A stretch of 64,000 nucleotides of DNA from Nitrospirota bacterium (GCA_963790025.1 CAWBMP010000005.1:320001-384000), one strand, 5' to 3'. Counted from the first letter of the stretch, positions 25,141 through 36,394 are shown. A program made the numbers and translations. Notes: generated by a model from the letters alone, not told the origin.

Positions 25141-26508
25141 CTAACCTATGTTATATTGCTTTATCTTGTAGTGCAAAACCCTTACCGATATGCCCAGTAT
25201 CCTGGCGGCTTCGGTTTTGTTGTTATCTGTGGCAGCAAGTGCGCTTTCGAGATACCCCCTCTCAAGCCGCTCGATGGCCTCCTGCAAGGGAACTTCGAGA
25301 TTGATATTGAGTTCTTCGGATCCGGTGATTTTTTTTGACAGTTCAGGGGCAGTGGAAGTCTCTTCCACATCGATGACATCTTTTGAAGAGACTGCTACCA
25401 CCCTGTGGATAAACCATTTGAGCTCTCGTATATTGCCCGGCCATGTATAATGCATAAGGTATTCGATGAGCTTTCTTGATACACCAGTCACGTTTTTATG
25501 ATAAATAATATTTGCTTCCTGGATAAATGCCGATACCAGCAGCGGAATGTCCTCTTTGCGCTCTCTCAAGGGAGGCAGTTCAAAGGCGACGCCGTTGATC
25601 CTGTAAAAAAGATCGGAGCGGAAAGAGGCGGAAAGCTCTGACACGTCTTTATTTGTTGCGGAAATGAGCCTGAACTTCACCCTGCGTTCTTTTGGGTCTC
25701 CGATTTTGTAGTATACGCCATCCTCCAGCACCCGTAGCAGTTTCGCCTGGACCACTTCAGGCAGTTCACCGATCTCATCGAGAAACAGCGTGCCGCCGTC
25801 CGCCCTTTCGACCAGTCCTTCCTTAAAAGCGAGCGCGCCGGAAAACGCACCTTTGGTATGCCCAAAAAGTTCACTTTCAAATATGTCCTTTGGGAGCGCG
25901 GAACAGTTTATGGCCACCATTTCCTTTGAGGTCCCTGAAAGCGCGTGTATCCATTCGGCGAGTTTCTCCTTGCCTGTCCCTGTTTCACCTCTGATCAATA
26001 CCGGGATGGCGGATGAAGCCACCATGGGCACCTTATCAACGATCGTTTTCATCCTCCCTTCTCCCGAGGTTACGAAAGGAGGAATGATGCATTTGATTTT
26101 ACGGTCCAGGGAAGTGATTTTTTTCTGGAGGGACCTGTTTTCAAGGTAAACACTGAGTTCGCGTTTGAGTTTTCCCAGATCCAGCGGTTTTGTGAAATAA
26201 TCGGCAGCTCCTTCTTTAAGGGCCGCAATGGCGTCGCCGATAGAGACGTAAGCTGTCATCACTATCACGACCGGCTCGGGATCGATGTTTTTTAATTCCT
26301 GCAGAAAGTCTATCCCGTTTCCATCAGGCAGACGTATATCCAGCAGAACGGCATCCGGGGTATGCGCTTGGAGCGACTCTCTTGCGCCGCCCAGTGAAAT
26401 GGAAGTGGCCACATCGAAGGAGTCTTCGAGCGCAATCTGTATCGATTCATTGAAGTTTGGCTCATCATCTACTATGAGGACGAGCGGTCGAATGTTATGA
26501 TTGACCAT
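25141..26508 (-). CDS. sigma54-dependent response regulator (NtrC/AtoC family)
   Basis: REC (LIVDD, LLDIRLPD, KP), GETGTGKE, ESELFGHTKGAFSGA, FLDEIGE, WPGNIREL, Fis HTH; start ATG 26508. Confidence 0.93.
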   Translation of the reverse strand: MVNHNIRPLVLIVDDEPNFNESIQIALEDSFDVATSISLGGARESLQAHTPDAVLLDIRLPDGNGIDFLQELKNIDPEPVVIVMTAYVSIGDAIAALKEGAADYFTKPLDLGKLKRELSVYLENRSLQKKITSLDRKIKCIIPPFVTSGEGRMKTIVDKVPMVASSAIPVLIRGETGTGKEKLAEWIHALSGTSKEMVAINCSALPKDIFESELFGHTKGAFSGALAFKEGLVERADGGTLFLDEIGELPEVVQAKLLRVLEDGVYYKIGDPKERRVKFRLISATNKDVSELSASFRSDLFYRINGVAFELPPLRERKEDIPLLVSAFIQEANIIYHKNVTGVSRKLIEYLMHYTWPGNIRELKWFIHRVVAVSSKDVIDVEETSTAPELSKKITGSEELNINLEVPLQEAIERLERGYLESALAATDNNKTEAARILGISVRVLHYKIKQYNIG

Positions 26509-27682
26509 AAAGGCGCACCTTGTCCCTGGGCAGCACAAGCCTGATTCCTGCTCCCATAGCCGGCCGGCATAATAAGAGCATACCGCCGTGCGCAAGGGCA
26601 ATTTTTTGTGCCAGATAAAGACCGAGGCCGGACCCCTTTGACCTGGTGGTGAAAAAAGGAGTGATAAGCTCGTCAAGGTTCGTTTCCAATGGGAACCCCG
26701 GACCGTTATCTTCGAAGGCAATCTCTGCACTTAATTCCCTGTCAGGCGAAGACATCCTGACGGTGAGCGAGATAGTGTCTGCGCCTGCCTGGACACTGTT
26801 TCTTAAAAGGTTTTCAATAAAAAGTCTGATGTAGAATAAATCCCCGTAAACCGCGGCCCGGGAGCAGGAAGACAGTTTAATGCCGATCTTTTCAGATATT
26901 TCAGTAACGAATGGTATCAGCTCTATCCAGCGTGGATCTTTAATCGCTATTTCTTTGCCATAAAGCAGCAGATTGTCGATAATCTGCTGAGTCCGGTATA
27001 ATTCCTCGGTTATCAGGACCGTGAATCGCTGCGTAAAACGTGAGTCATTGATACGCTCCGGCAGCACCTGTACAAGGTTTGATATCGTGGCAATCGGTGT
27101 CCTAAGCTCATGAGCAAGCGTTGCCGTCATGCGCCCGAGCAGTGCAAGCGCCTTATGTTCCTGTATTTCCCTGGTAAGCTCGGCCTGTTTGGTCTCTAAC
27201 TGTTCCCGCATGACCTGCGTCCGTTTTTTTCTTTCGGATAAAATTATCATAGTCGTAAAGACAATCACCGTTGCGACTATCCCCTCTATGATTTGGGGGT
27301 AGGCGGGATCGAACACCTCTTCTTTTACATAGGCATTTCTAATATAAATATCGACGCTCAGCCCTTTTTCAGAAAAAGTGAAAAGGTATTTTGCTACGCC
27401 CCTGTCAAGACGTTCTACCTCTCCGGAGTCAACTGCCATTAGTTTATTGCTCATAACGGTTTTAATGTATCTTCTCAGAAAGCTCAGGGTCTGGTCGGTA
27501 GTCACTCCGGGGGACAAATCCTTAAATGCTGCGATAGCGCTCTCGACCTCCCGTCTTGTCTCACGGCGCAGCTTTTTTTCGTTTTCGACATTTTCAATGT
27601 TGCCGATCACCAAAGCCACAGCCAATCCAAAGCTCACCGCTGCAAGAAGATAAATGACAAAGTGTATTATACGTTTGAACAT
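26495..27682 (-). CDS. membrane sensor histidine kinase
   Basis: Two TM segments, LAHELRTP, NLLRNS, DNGPG, PFFTT, GSGLGL. Confidence 0.92.
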   Translation of the reverse strand: MFKRIIHFVIYLLAAVSFGLAVALVIGNIENVENEKKLRRETRREVESAIAAFKDLSPGVTTDQTLSFLRRYIKTVMSNKLMAVDSGEVERLDRGVAKYLFTFSEKGLSVDIYIRNAYVKEEVFDPAYPQIIEGIVATVIVFTTMIILSERKKRTQVMREQLETKQAELTREIQEHKALALLGRMTATLAHELRTPIATISNLVQVLPERINDSRFTQRFTVLITEELYRTQQIIDNLLLYGKEIAIKDPRWIELIPFVTEISEKIGIKLSSCSRAAVYGDLFYIRLFIENLLRNSVQAGADTISLTVRMSSPDRELSAEIAFEDNGPGFPLETNLDELITPFFTTRSKGSGLGLYLAQKIALAHGGMLLLCRPAMGAGIRLVLPRDKVRLYGQS

Positions 27683-27719
27683 AGATTATATGTTGGAGGT
27701 TAGATTAGCCTCCAATCTC

Positions 27720-29426
27720 CTACCTGATATACGCCTCCGTTACATATCTCCGCATCATTCTATGGGTATTGAAGTAATAAGCATTTTTGCCTATGGCGTT
27801 TTGCATAATGCGTATCCAGTGGGACTTGTCGTCATAAAACGTCGGCATAATGATGCTCTCCAGTTTGTAGTAAAGGTCATCTGCATCACGCGCCGGATCT
27901 GCCGGTATATCGGGAGACGGTCCTATGGCCCATCCCGTGAACCCTTCAATATGTCCCTCGATCCACCATCCGTCGAGTACGCTGAAATTAGGGACCCCAT
28001 TGTGGGTCGCTTTCATTCCGCTGGTCCCTGATGCCTCCAGCGGCCTCAGAGGCGTATTGAGCCATACATCCACACCTGACACCATCTTCAGGGCAAGGTC
28101 CATATTGTAATTTTTCAGGAATGCGATGTGTATTTTGTCCCTGAGCCGCTCTTTTACCTGAAATATGCGCTGTATCAGCTCTTTCCCCGATTCGTCATGC
28201 GGATGGGCCTTCCCGGCATATACAATTTGAAGCCTCCCTTCGGCCATGCGTGCCAGCCGGTCTATATCGGTAAACAGCAGGTCCGCCCGCTTATACGCCG
28301 TTGCCCTCCTGGCGAATCCGATGGTGAAAGTATCATAATTCATTTCCGCCTGCGTCTCACGGTTCACATAGTCGATCAGCTGCCTTTTAGCCTCCATGTG
28401 AGCTTCCCATAGTTCGTTGTCGGGTATGCGACCGACCCTGACAAATATCTCAGGCTCGTTAGCCCAACCAGGCAGGTATTTGTCATAGAGCCTTTTAAAA
28501 CTGTCACAGGTCCAGGTAAAAGAGTGTACCCCGTTCGTTATGGCATGGATGGCGTATCCTGGGAACATACTCTGTGAAACCTGACCGTGCTTTTTAGCTA
28601 CTCCGTTTATGTAATTGCTGAGATTCAGTGCGAGCAGGGTCAAATTAAGGTACTCATGCCCTGAAAATTCTTTTACAGCACTCAGGGGGATGATTTCCTT
28701 CATTATCCGCTCCACCGTATCATAAGTAAATTTGTCATGCCCCGCGGCCACGGGCGTGTGAGTGGTAAAGACGCATAGACTCCGGACTTTCTCGACGTCC
28801 CAGACGAGCTTCTCATCCCATACCTCTTCAATATCTCTTTTGTATCTTTTCAGCAATTCAAGAGTCAGCAGGCTGGAATGCCCCTCGTTCATATGATATT
28901 TCCTTATCATGAATCCCAGTTTCTCGATCATCCGTGTTCCGCCTATGCCGAGCACAATTTCCTGTTTAAGCCGGTAATCGAGTTCACCGCCATACAGGCT
29001 GAAGCAAATGTCCCTGTCCTTCGGAGAATTCTCTCCCAAGTCCGTATCAAGAAAAATAACGGGGACCTGTCCGCCAGTGGCACTTTCGACAACATATATC
29101 CAGGCCCCGACGAAGACCTCTCTGCCTTCAATATGAACGACTACCTGTTCCTTAACAGGCGACATGAACTGATTTGGCTCCAACTCATCGGGCATTTCCG
29201 TCTGCCTGCCGTATATATCAAGCTCCTGCCTGAAGTATCCTTTTTTTGTCAGTAAAGTGACTGCAATCATGGGCAGTTTCAGGTCAGATGCGGACTTAAT
29301 AGTGTCACCCGCCAATACGCCGAGACCGCCGCTATAGGTAGGCATATCGCTCCGTATCCCGATTTCCATTGAAAAGTACGCTATCTTTGGTTCTTTGATA
29401 AAGGTATCCAGATTAGAATATTTCAT
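27720..29426 (-). CDS. glgP: alpha-glucan (glycogen/maltodextrin) phosphorylase, short form
   Basis: YFSMEIG, YSGGLGVLAGD, HMNEGH, FTTHTP, ARRATAYKR, EASGTSGMKA (PLP Lys). Confidence 0.94.
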   Translation of the reverse strand: MKYSNLDTFIKEPKIAYFSMEIGIRSDMPTYSGGLGVLAGDTIKSASDLKLPMIAVTLLTKKGYFRQELDIYGRQTEMPDELEPNQFMSPVKEQVVVHIEGREVFVGAWIYVVESATGGQVPVIFLDTDLGENSPKDRDICFSLYGGELDYRLKQEIVLGIGGTRMIEKLGFMIRKYHMNEGHSSLLTLELLKRYKRDIEEVWDEKLVWDVEKVRSLCVFTTHTPVAAGHDKFTYDTVERIMKEIIPLSAVKEFSGHEYLNLTLLALNLSNYINGVAKKHGQVSQSMFPGYAIHAITNGVHSFTWTCDSFKRLYDKYLPGWANEPEIFVRVGRIPDNELWEAHMEAKRQLIDYVNRETQAEMNYDTFTIGFARRATAYKRADLLFTDIDRLARMAEGRLQIVYAGKAHPHDESGKELIQRIFQVKERLRDKIHIAFLKNYNMDLALKMVSGVDVWLNTPLRPLEASGTSGMKATHNGVPNFSVLDGWWIEGHIEGFTGWAIGPSPDIPADPARDADDLYYKLESIIMPTFYDDKSHWIRIMQNAIGKNAYYFNTHRMMRRYVTEAYIR

Positions 29427-30250
29427 AAAGGGACCTCCCTGATGCTTGACGCTCGACGCATGAGTTCGGCGAGCGCTGCCTGCCCGTTTTCACCGAGGTC
29501 TTTCGTATAATCGTTCACATATAACCCGATATGTTTCAGCATTACATCTTCGTCCATTTCACATGCGTATTTCTTAATATAGGGCATTGCCTCGGTTCTG
29601 TGCGCCAATGAGTAGTTTATACTTGATCGTATCAGGTTTTCAATCGTCACTATTATCTGCGTTCCGAGAGACTTTTGAGCAATAATGCCGCCGAGGGGAA
29701 TAGGCAGGTCAGTCTCTTTCTCCCACCACTCGCCAAGGTCGATTATCTTGACGAGTCCGAAATCGGGATAGGTAAAGCGGCTCTCGTGTATGATCAGCCC
29801 AGCATCCACCATCCCCTCATTAACTGACCGCATAATACTGTGGAAAGGCATGCTGACCAATGCAGCAGGCTGGGTGTTGAAAGCGGAAGCAAAATACAGC
29901 TTCAATAAAAGTGCGGCCGTAGTAAGCCTGCCCGGAATCGCTATTTTCAGCTCTTTTGAAGGCTTTTCGGAGAAAACTATTTTCCGGTCTCTTGCAACGA
30001 CCAGCGGGCCGCATCCCCTGCCAAGTGCGGCCCCTGTCCTGAGAAATTGGTAGTCGTTCCGAAGGTAATAAAATGCGTGACATGACACCTTTGTTACTTC
30101 AAGCGCCTTGTCAACAGCAAGCTGGTTCAGTGTCTCCACATCTTCTATATGCAGTGTGAAGTCAAGACCTTGCGTATCGATCAGTTTGTTGGCAAGGGCA
30201 TAAAAGATAAAGGTGTCATTAGGACAAGGAGAAAAACCCAAGCGCATCAT
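29423..30250 (-). CDS. mqnD: 1,4-dihydroxy-6-naphthoate synthase (futalosine pathway)
   Basis: LGFSPCPNDTF, GRGCGP, IIHESRFTY, LPIPLG, HIGLYVN. Confidence 0.92.
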   Translation of the reverse strand: MMRLGFSPCPNDTFIFYALANKLIDTQGLDFTLHIEDVETLNQLAVDKALEVTKVSCHAFYYLRNDYQFLRTGAALGRGCGPLVVARDRKIVFSEKPSKELKIAIPGRLTTAALLLKLYFASAFNTQPAALVSMPFHSIMRSVNEGMVDAGLIIHESRFTYPDFGLVKIIDLGEWWEKETDLPIPLGGIIAQKSLGTQIIVTIENLIRSSINYSLAHRTEAMPYIKKYACEMDEDVMLKHIGLYVNDYTKDLGENGQAALAELMRRASSIREVPL

Positions 30251-30373
30251 AATCTGAAATTTTACCACTAAATACTAAGTATTTACCATCAACCGCCATC
30301 ATCGGGGTAAGCGGCGAATTCCCAATTAAAGTACTGGGGCACAACGGACGATAATATAGTAGGACCTATAATT

Positions 30374-31285
30374 ATGAAGACCATTATTGCGTTCATTTAT
30401 GTCCTCATATGTATTGGCGTACTGTTCGCCGCTGAAGGGTCCGCTCCTTCTGCTCAGAAATCATCAGTGCTCAAGGATTCCGCAACCGGCATGGAATTTG
30501 TCTATGTCAAAGGCGGATGCTACCAGATGGGGGATGTATTTGGCGATAATGAGTATAAAGACGAGAAATTTGTTCATGAGGTTTGTGTAGATAATTTGTA
30601 CCTTGGCAAATACGACGTTACAGTCGGAGACTTCAGGGAATTTGTGAAAGATACAGGATACATAACAGAGGCGGAAAAAAGTGGCGGGTGCTTTGCCTGG
30701 ACAGGAAGCAAGTGGAACAAAGATGCTAACAAGAACTGGCGCAATCCCGGCTTTTTACAGGACGACCGGCATCCTGCCGTATGTCTGTCCTGGAACGATG
30801 CCGTTGCATTCGCTGAATGGCAAAGCAGAAAGAGCGGGTTAGCGTTTAGACTCCCCACAGAGGCCGAATGGGAGTATGCGGCGAGAGAACGCGGGCGCAG
30901 AGTAAGATTTGGAGTCGGGACGGACAAGGTCAATTGCGACCTTGCAAATTTTGATGCGAGTTCTCAATACAAAAAGCCGTATTCCGAGGCTGGACAATTC
31001 AGGGCCAGGACCATGCCTGCCGGGAGTTTCAAGCCTAACAGCCTGGGATTATATGATATGGCCGGTAATGTGTGGCAGTGGACGAATGACTGGTACGGGG
31101 AGAATTATTACAGCGAGAGTCCAAAGCATAATCCTGTAGGTCCGGCTAAAGGAAAATTCAGGGTGCTTCGCGGTGGTTCGTGGAGCGATTGTCCGCGGGT
31201 CGTACGCGCAGCCTTTCGGTTTTGGAATCCGCCTGTTTATCGGTTCGACTTCGTCGGTTTCCGCCTAGCTGTTACCGCCCCATAG
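30374..31285 (+). CDS. secreted FGE-sulfatase (CLec-fold) domain protein; candidate DGR target
   Basis: Signal peptide; RLPTEAEWEYAAR, GLYDMAGNVWQW, VLRGGSW...GFR. Confidence 0.88.
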   Translation: MKTIIAFIYVLICIGVLFAAEGSAPSAQKSSVLKDSATGMEFVYVKGGCYQMGDVFGDNEYKDEKFVHEVCVDNLYLGKYDVTVGDFREFVKDTGYITEAEKSGGCFAWTGSKWNKDANKNWRNPGFLQDDRHPAVCLSWNDAVAFAEWQSRKSGLAFRLPTEAEWEYAARERGRRVRFGVGTDKVNCDLANFDASSQYKKPYSEAGQFRARTMPAGSFKPNSLGLYDMAGNVWQWTNDWYGENYYSESPKHNPVGPAKGKFRVLRGGSWSDCPRVVRAAFRFWNPPVYRFDFVGFRLAVTAP

Positions 31286-31343
31286 TTGTTTGTTCCTTTC
31301 TCCTGAGATGTTGTTCTGAATTACTGTTGGCCTCGTATTTGCC

Positions 31344-31373
31344 TTGAAAAATAACCGTTATGTGTGCTACATT
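31344..31373 (+). promoter_or_regulatory. putative rpsB promoter (extended -10)
   Basis: TTGAAA-18 nt-TACATT, with TGn before the -10. Confidence 0.5.
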
Positions 31374-31384
31374 TAACATTCAAA

Positions 31385-31476
31385 AACACACGCCGGTAAA
31401 GATCCTCAGATGGTCTCGTCGGTTCAAATTATTTTTTGATCCAATGAGTTAATGAGGACCAGGCGGAGGAAAAACC
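31385..31476 (+). ncRNA. rpsB leader (S2 autoregulatory / t44-like cis element)
   Basis: ACACACGCC...GGCGGAGG closing helix with nested TCCTCA/TGAGGA and TCAAA/TTTGA stems, immediately 5' of rpsB. Confidence 0.62.
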
Positions 31477-31489
31477 GTTAGGAGGAACA

Positions 31490-32256
31490 ATGAGTATTGT
31501 AACTATGAAGGAGCTGTTGGAAGCCGGTGTCCATTTCGGCCATCAGGTGAAGCGCTGGAACCCGAAGATGAAGAAGTTTATCTTCGGAGAGAGAAACGGG
31601 ATCCATATTGTGGACCTCCAGAAGACGCTTAAAGGGCTCATAGAGGCGTACAACTTTGTGAAAAACGTGGCCGCCACCGGGGCGCCGGTACTTTTTGTCG
31701 GCACGAAAAAGCAGGCGCAGGATTCTATTTCTGAAGAGTCCAGGAGGGCCGGCTCATTTTATGTAAACAACCGGTGGCTGGGCGGTATGCTGACCAATTT
31801 CACTACAGTCAAAAAGAGCATCGAGCGGCTAAAGAAGATCGACGCAATGAAGGAAGACGGCACTTACAATGTTCTGAAGAAAAAAGAGGTTGCAATGCTT
31901 GAAAAGGAGAGGAATAACCTGGAAAAAAACCTGTCCGGCATAAAAGAGATGACCTCGCTGCCAGGTGCGCTTTTTATTATCGACCCAAGAAAAGAGAGGA
32001 TTGCCGTAGCCGAAGCCAAAAGGCTTTCCATCCCGATCGTTGCCGTTGTTGACACCAATTGCGATCCTGACGAAATAGATTATGTCATACCGGGTAACGA
32101 CGATGCGATACGCGCCATAAAACTTATTTCTTCAAAGGTGGCCAATGCTATTCTTGAGAGCAAGAACGAACTCGAAAAAGCAAAAGAAGACGAGGCTGCT
32201 AAACAGGAAATGAGCGCAAAGATTGCGGCAGACGAGGGCAAGGAGGTAGCTGCAGA

Positions 32257-32260
<4 letters not shown>
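31490..32260 (+). CDS. rpsB: 30S ribosomal protein S2
   Basis: [35 protein letters not shown]. Confidence 0.98.
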
Positions 32261-33622
<1,362 letters not shown>

Positions 33623-33626
33623 GAAA

Positions 33627-34181
33627 ATGCAGGAGATTAATAGAAAGACTACCGACAAAATGAATGGAGCAGTGGAGGCACTGAAGAAGGAACTTGTTTC
33701 CATAAGGACGGGAAGGGCGTCTCTTTCATTGCTGGATGGAATAATTGTTGATTATTACGGCACTCAAACGCCCATAAGCCAGGTCGCAACTCTTGGGATG
33801 CCCGATGTTAAATCGATAACTATCCAGCCCTGGGAGCAAAAACTTATTCCCGAAATAGAAAAGGCGATTCTCAAATCCGATCTTGGGCTGACCCCCGGAA
33901 ATGACGGCAAAACGATCCGGCTGAACATCCCTGCCCTGACAGAGGAAAGAAGGAAACAGTTGGTTAAAGTAGTGCGGAAAAGGGCCGAAGAAGCTAAAAT
34001 CGCCGTGCGAAATATACGAAGGGACATAATAGATAATGTGAAGAAGTCGGAGAAAGAACAACACCTGAGCGAGGATGATGTAAAAAAACTCCAGGAAGAG
34101 ATACAGAAGATCACTGATTCATTTATTGCTAAAGTGGATGAGGTCCTTCGGCATAAGGAAAAAGAGATCATGGAGGTCTGA
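33627..34181 (+). CDS. frr: ribosome recycling factor
   Basis: [24 protein letters not shown]; start ATG 33627. Confidence 0.97.
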   Translation: MQEINRKTTDKMNGAVEALKKELVSIRTGRASLSLLDGIIVDYYGTQTPISQVATLGMPDVKSITIQPWEQKLIPEIEKAILKSDLGLTPGNDGKTIRLNIPALTEERRKQLVKVVRKRAEEAKIAVRNIRRDIIDNVKKSEKEQHLSEDDVKKLQEEIQKITDSFIAKVDEVLRHKEKEIMEV

Positions 34182-34182
34182 A

Positions 34183-34332
34183 ATGGCTGTTAACAACAAC
34201 TATATTGTTAAGGTAACCGATGCGAAGCTGCCCGATGTGCAAAAAGCCCTCGAACAGGCTGGCATAAAGGTCAGAAGCATTGTTGAAATATTTAAAGAAG
34301 AAGCACCCGCTGAAAAAGAAGTTAAAAGTTAA
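34183..34332 (+). CDS. small hypothetical protein (49 aa)
   Basis: GGAGG RBS inside the frr 3' end; ATG 1 nt after the frr stop. Confidence 0.55.
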   Translation: MAVNNNYIVKVTDAKLPDVQKALEQAGIKVRSIVEIFKEEAPAEKEVKS

Positions 34333-34392
34333 AAGTAAAAAGTTAAAGGATTTAAAGAAAATGTCATCTGTCTGTCTACTTTACTTTTAACT
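34320..34392. repeat. inverted heptamer tandem repeats (AGTTAAA)
   Basis: AGTTAAA AGTTAAA AGTAAAA AGTTAAA (34320-34347) ... CTTTACT TTTAACT (34379-34392). Confidence 0.55.
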
Positions 34393-34415
34393 TGTCGTTA
34401 GGGGAAGGAGGAATT

Positions 34416-34877
34416 ATGCCGGACAAGGCAAAAGGAAAAACAAAAAAAATATCGGAAGAAAAGCCTCAAAAGAAATCAAAGAAGTCTGCCGAAGATGAAA
34501 GTTCGCGTAAAGAACGGTTGAGGAAGCTGTTGATTCACAGGAGAGAGGAAATAATCAGGGAGGCAAAAACCGAGATAAAGAAATTCAAGTCCGGCGAAAA
34601 TAAACAGCTTGTTGAGAGTGTGATGGATGATGGAGACCTATCTGTCGTTGATCTGGCGGAGGACATCAGCCTGAAGCAGCTCAGCACGCACAGAGATACG
34701 CTTATCAAAATCGATGCTGCTATCCGTAAGCTTGAGGAAGGCACATACGGGATATGCGAAGAATGCGGCGAAGAGATCAGCGAGGAACGGCTGAAAATAA
34801 TGCCCTTTGCAATTTACTGCCGGGACGACCAGGAAAAAAAAGAAATAATGGAAAAGATCGAACGGGAAGAGCGATAA
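34416..34877 (+). CDS. TraR/DksA family transcription factor
   Basis: Coiled coil with DDGDLS tip; GTYGICEECGEEISEERL..MPFAIYC. Confidence 0.88.
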   Translation: MPDKAKGKTKKISEEKPQKKSKKSAEDESSRKERLRKLLIHRREEIIREAKTEIKKFKSGENKQLVESVMDDGDLSVVDLAEDISLKQLSTHRDTLIKIDAAIRKLEEGTYGICEECGEEISEERLKIMPFAIYCRDDQEKKEIMEKIEREER

Positions 34878-34885
34878 AACTGTGC

Positions 34886-35653
34886 TCAGTAGTTGACCCG
34901 TTCAAGGAAAAGACCTTTTGCCGGTGCTGTGGGGCCTGCAAGCTTTCTGTCCCTGGAGTTAAGAAGTTCAGGAATCATTTCGGCCCCAAGCCTCCCTTTT
35001 CCGACTTCAACGATTGTTCCTGCAATATTTCTCACCATATGCCTCAAGAAAGCGTCTCCTTCAATCCGCAGCTTTAGAAATTTGCCTCGTATCCCGGTTG
35101 TCATGAAATCGATGACATCGATTTTTTCTACAGAGCTGTAAAATATTGTCCTTGTAGGAGTTTTTGCACCGCATCCATGTGCCCTGAATGATGTGAAGTC
35201 GTGGGTCCCCTGCAATAGACTGATGGCGCTGCACATTACGTGAAAATCGAGGTCCTGGGGTATCCTCCATGCATAGTTACAGACAAATGGAGACAGTACC
35301 TGCATGTTGGCTATAATATAAAAATAGACCTTTCCTTTTGCGTCATATCGCGGATGAAAAGACTCATCGATATCGAGTGCTTCCGTGATTTTTATGTCCC
35401 GCGGGAGCAGGGCATTGAGCGCGGTTCTGATGGTGTCGCATGGGAGTCTTGATACTGTTTTAAATGATGCCACCTGTGCAAGTGCGTGCACCCCAGCATC
35501 GGTCCTCCCTGCTGCAATAACAGGGACCTGTTCGCCCGTTATTTTCGCAATTCTTTCCTGCAGGACCCCTTGTATAGTCAGCCCTTCGCGCTGAATTTGC
35601 CAGCCGCGATAGCGCGTTCCATCATACTCAATAACCAGTTTTACATTTCTCAT
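34886..35653 (-). CDS. truA: tRNA pseudouridine(38-40) synthase
   Basis: EYDGT, AGRTDAGVHA, FLRHMVR, TAPAKGLFL. Confidence 0.96.
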   Translation of the reverse strand: MRNVKLVIEYDGTRYRGWQIQREGLTIQGVLQERIAKITGEQVPVIAAGRTDAGVHALAQVASFKTVSRLPCDTIRTALNALLPRDIKITEALDIDESFHPRYDAKGKVYFYIIANMQVLSPFVCNYAWRIPQDLDFHVMCSAISLLQGTHDFTSFRAHGCGAKTPTRTIFYSSVEKIDVIDFMTTGIRGKFLKLRIEGDAFLRHMVRNIAGTIVEVGKGRLGAEMIPELLNSRDRKLAGPTAPAKGLFLERVNY

Positions 35654-35733
35654 AATGAATAGTGTACTGAAAATGTGCAGGTGATGTCAGTAGGGGGTAG
35701 CAGGACAGCCGATTGTGATATAATTTTAGCAGC

Positions 35734-36363
35734 ATGTCAAAAAGTGCACGCCTCCGTTTCCCCGATGATGAGAAGCGACTCCAATGGCTCCCTCTGCTTT
35801 TGGATGCGTTTGCCATTATTGATGAAGGAATATCTGCAGCTATCCGGGACCATGAGAAGAAATTCAAAAGCAGGCTCGCCTGCAAGAAAGGTTGCGGGTC
35901 GTGCTGCCGGACTCATAATGATATCCCCCTCTACCCTTTGGAAATGGTGGGGATTTATTGGCATACCATCGAAAAGTTAGACCAGCCTTTGCGCGGCATT
36001 ATAAAAAAACAACTGGTGGAACACCGTAAAGGCGGCGCATGTCCTTTTCATTGGGACAACGCCTGTTCCATTCATACCATCCGTCCAATAGCTTGCAGGC
36101 AGTTCAACGTGTTCGCCGCGCCCTGCTCCGAAGGCGAAGACCCATACTACACACGAAGGAAGGATGTCCTGACGCCGTTTGAAAAATACACTCATAGGGC
36201 AATTATGGTCATGCTGCCGTTTTACGGCATCACTGACGAATCGGCTAAAGCCCGCGCCGTCGAAACAGGCTTCATTCACTCCCAGGCGCGCGTACTTCAG
36301 GCTTGCAACTGGATAGAACTGGCCATAAAGATGGACCAATTCAATTTCAATAAAAAGCGGTGA
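35734..36363 (+). CDS. YkgJ family cysteine-cluster (Zn/Fe-chelating) protein
   Basis: CKKGCGSCC, CPF...CSIH..RPIACR. Confidence 0.85.
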   Translation: MSKSARLRFPDDEKRLQWLPLLLDAFAIIDEGISAAIRDHEKKFKSRLACKKGCGSCCRTHNDIPLYPLEMVGIYWHTIEKLDQPLRGIIKKQLVEHRKGGACPFHWDNACSIHTIRPIACRQFNVFAAPCSEGEDPYYTRRKDVLTPFEKYTHRAIMVMLPFYGITDESAKARAVETGFIHSQARVLQACNWIELAIKMDQFNFNKKR

Positions 36364-36394
36364 ATGGGTAAATGGTGCCCATTTACCCATTCAC
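36360..36394. repeat. perfect 16-bp hairpin overlapping the stop codon
   Basis: GTGAATGGGTAAATGG-TGC-CCATTTACCCATTCAC. Confidence 0.8.

Noticed and set aside
26509..26730. 74-aa N-terminal extension of the response regulator in the ORF track
   Set aside because: It overlaps the kinase gene; the receiver domain begins after ATG 26508.
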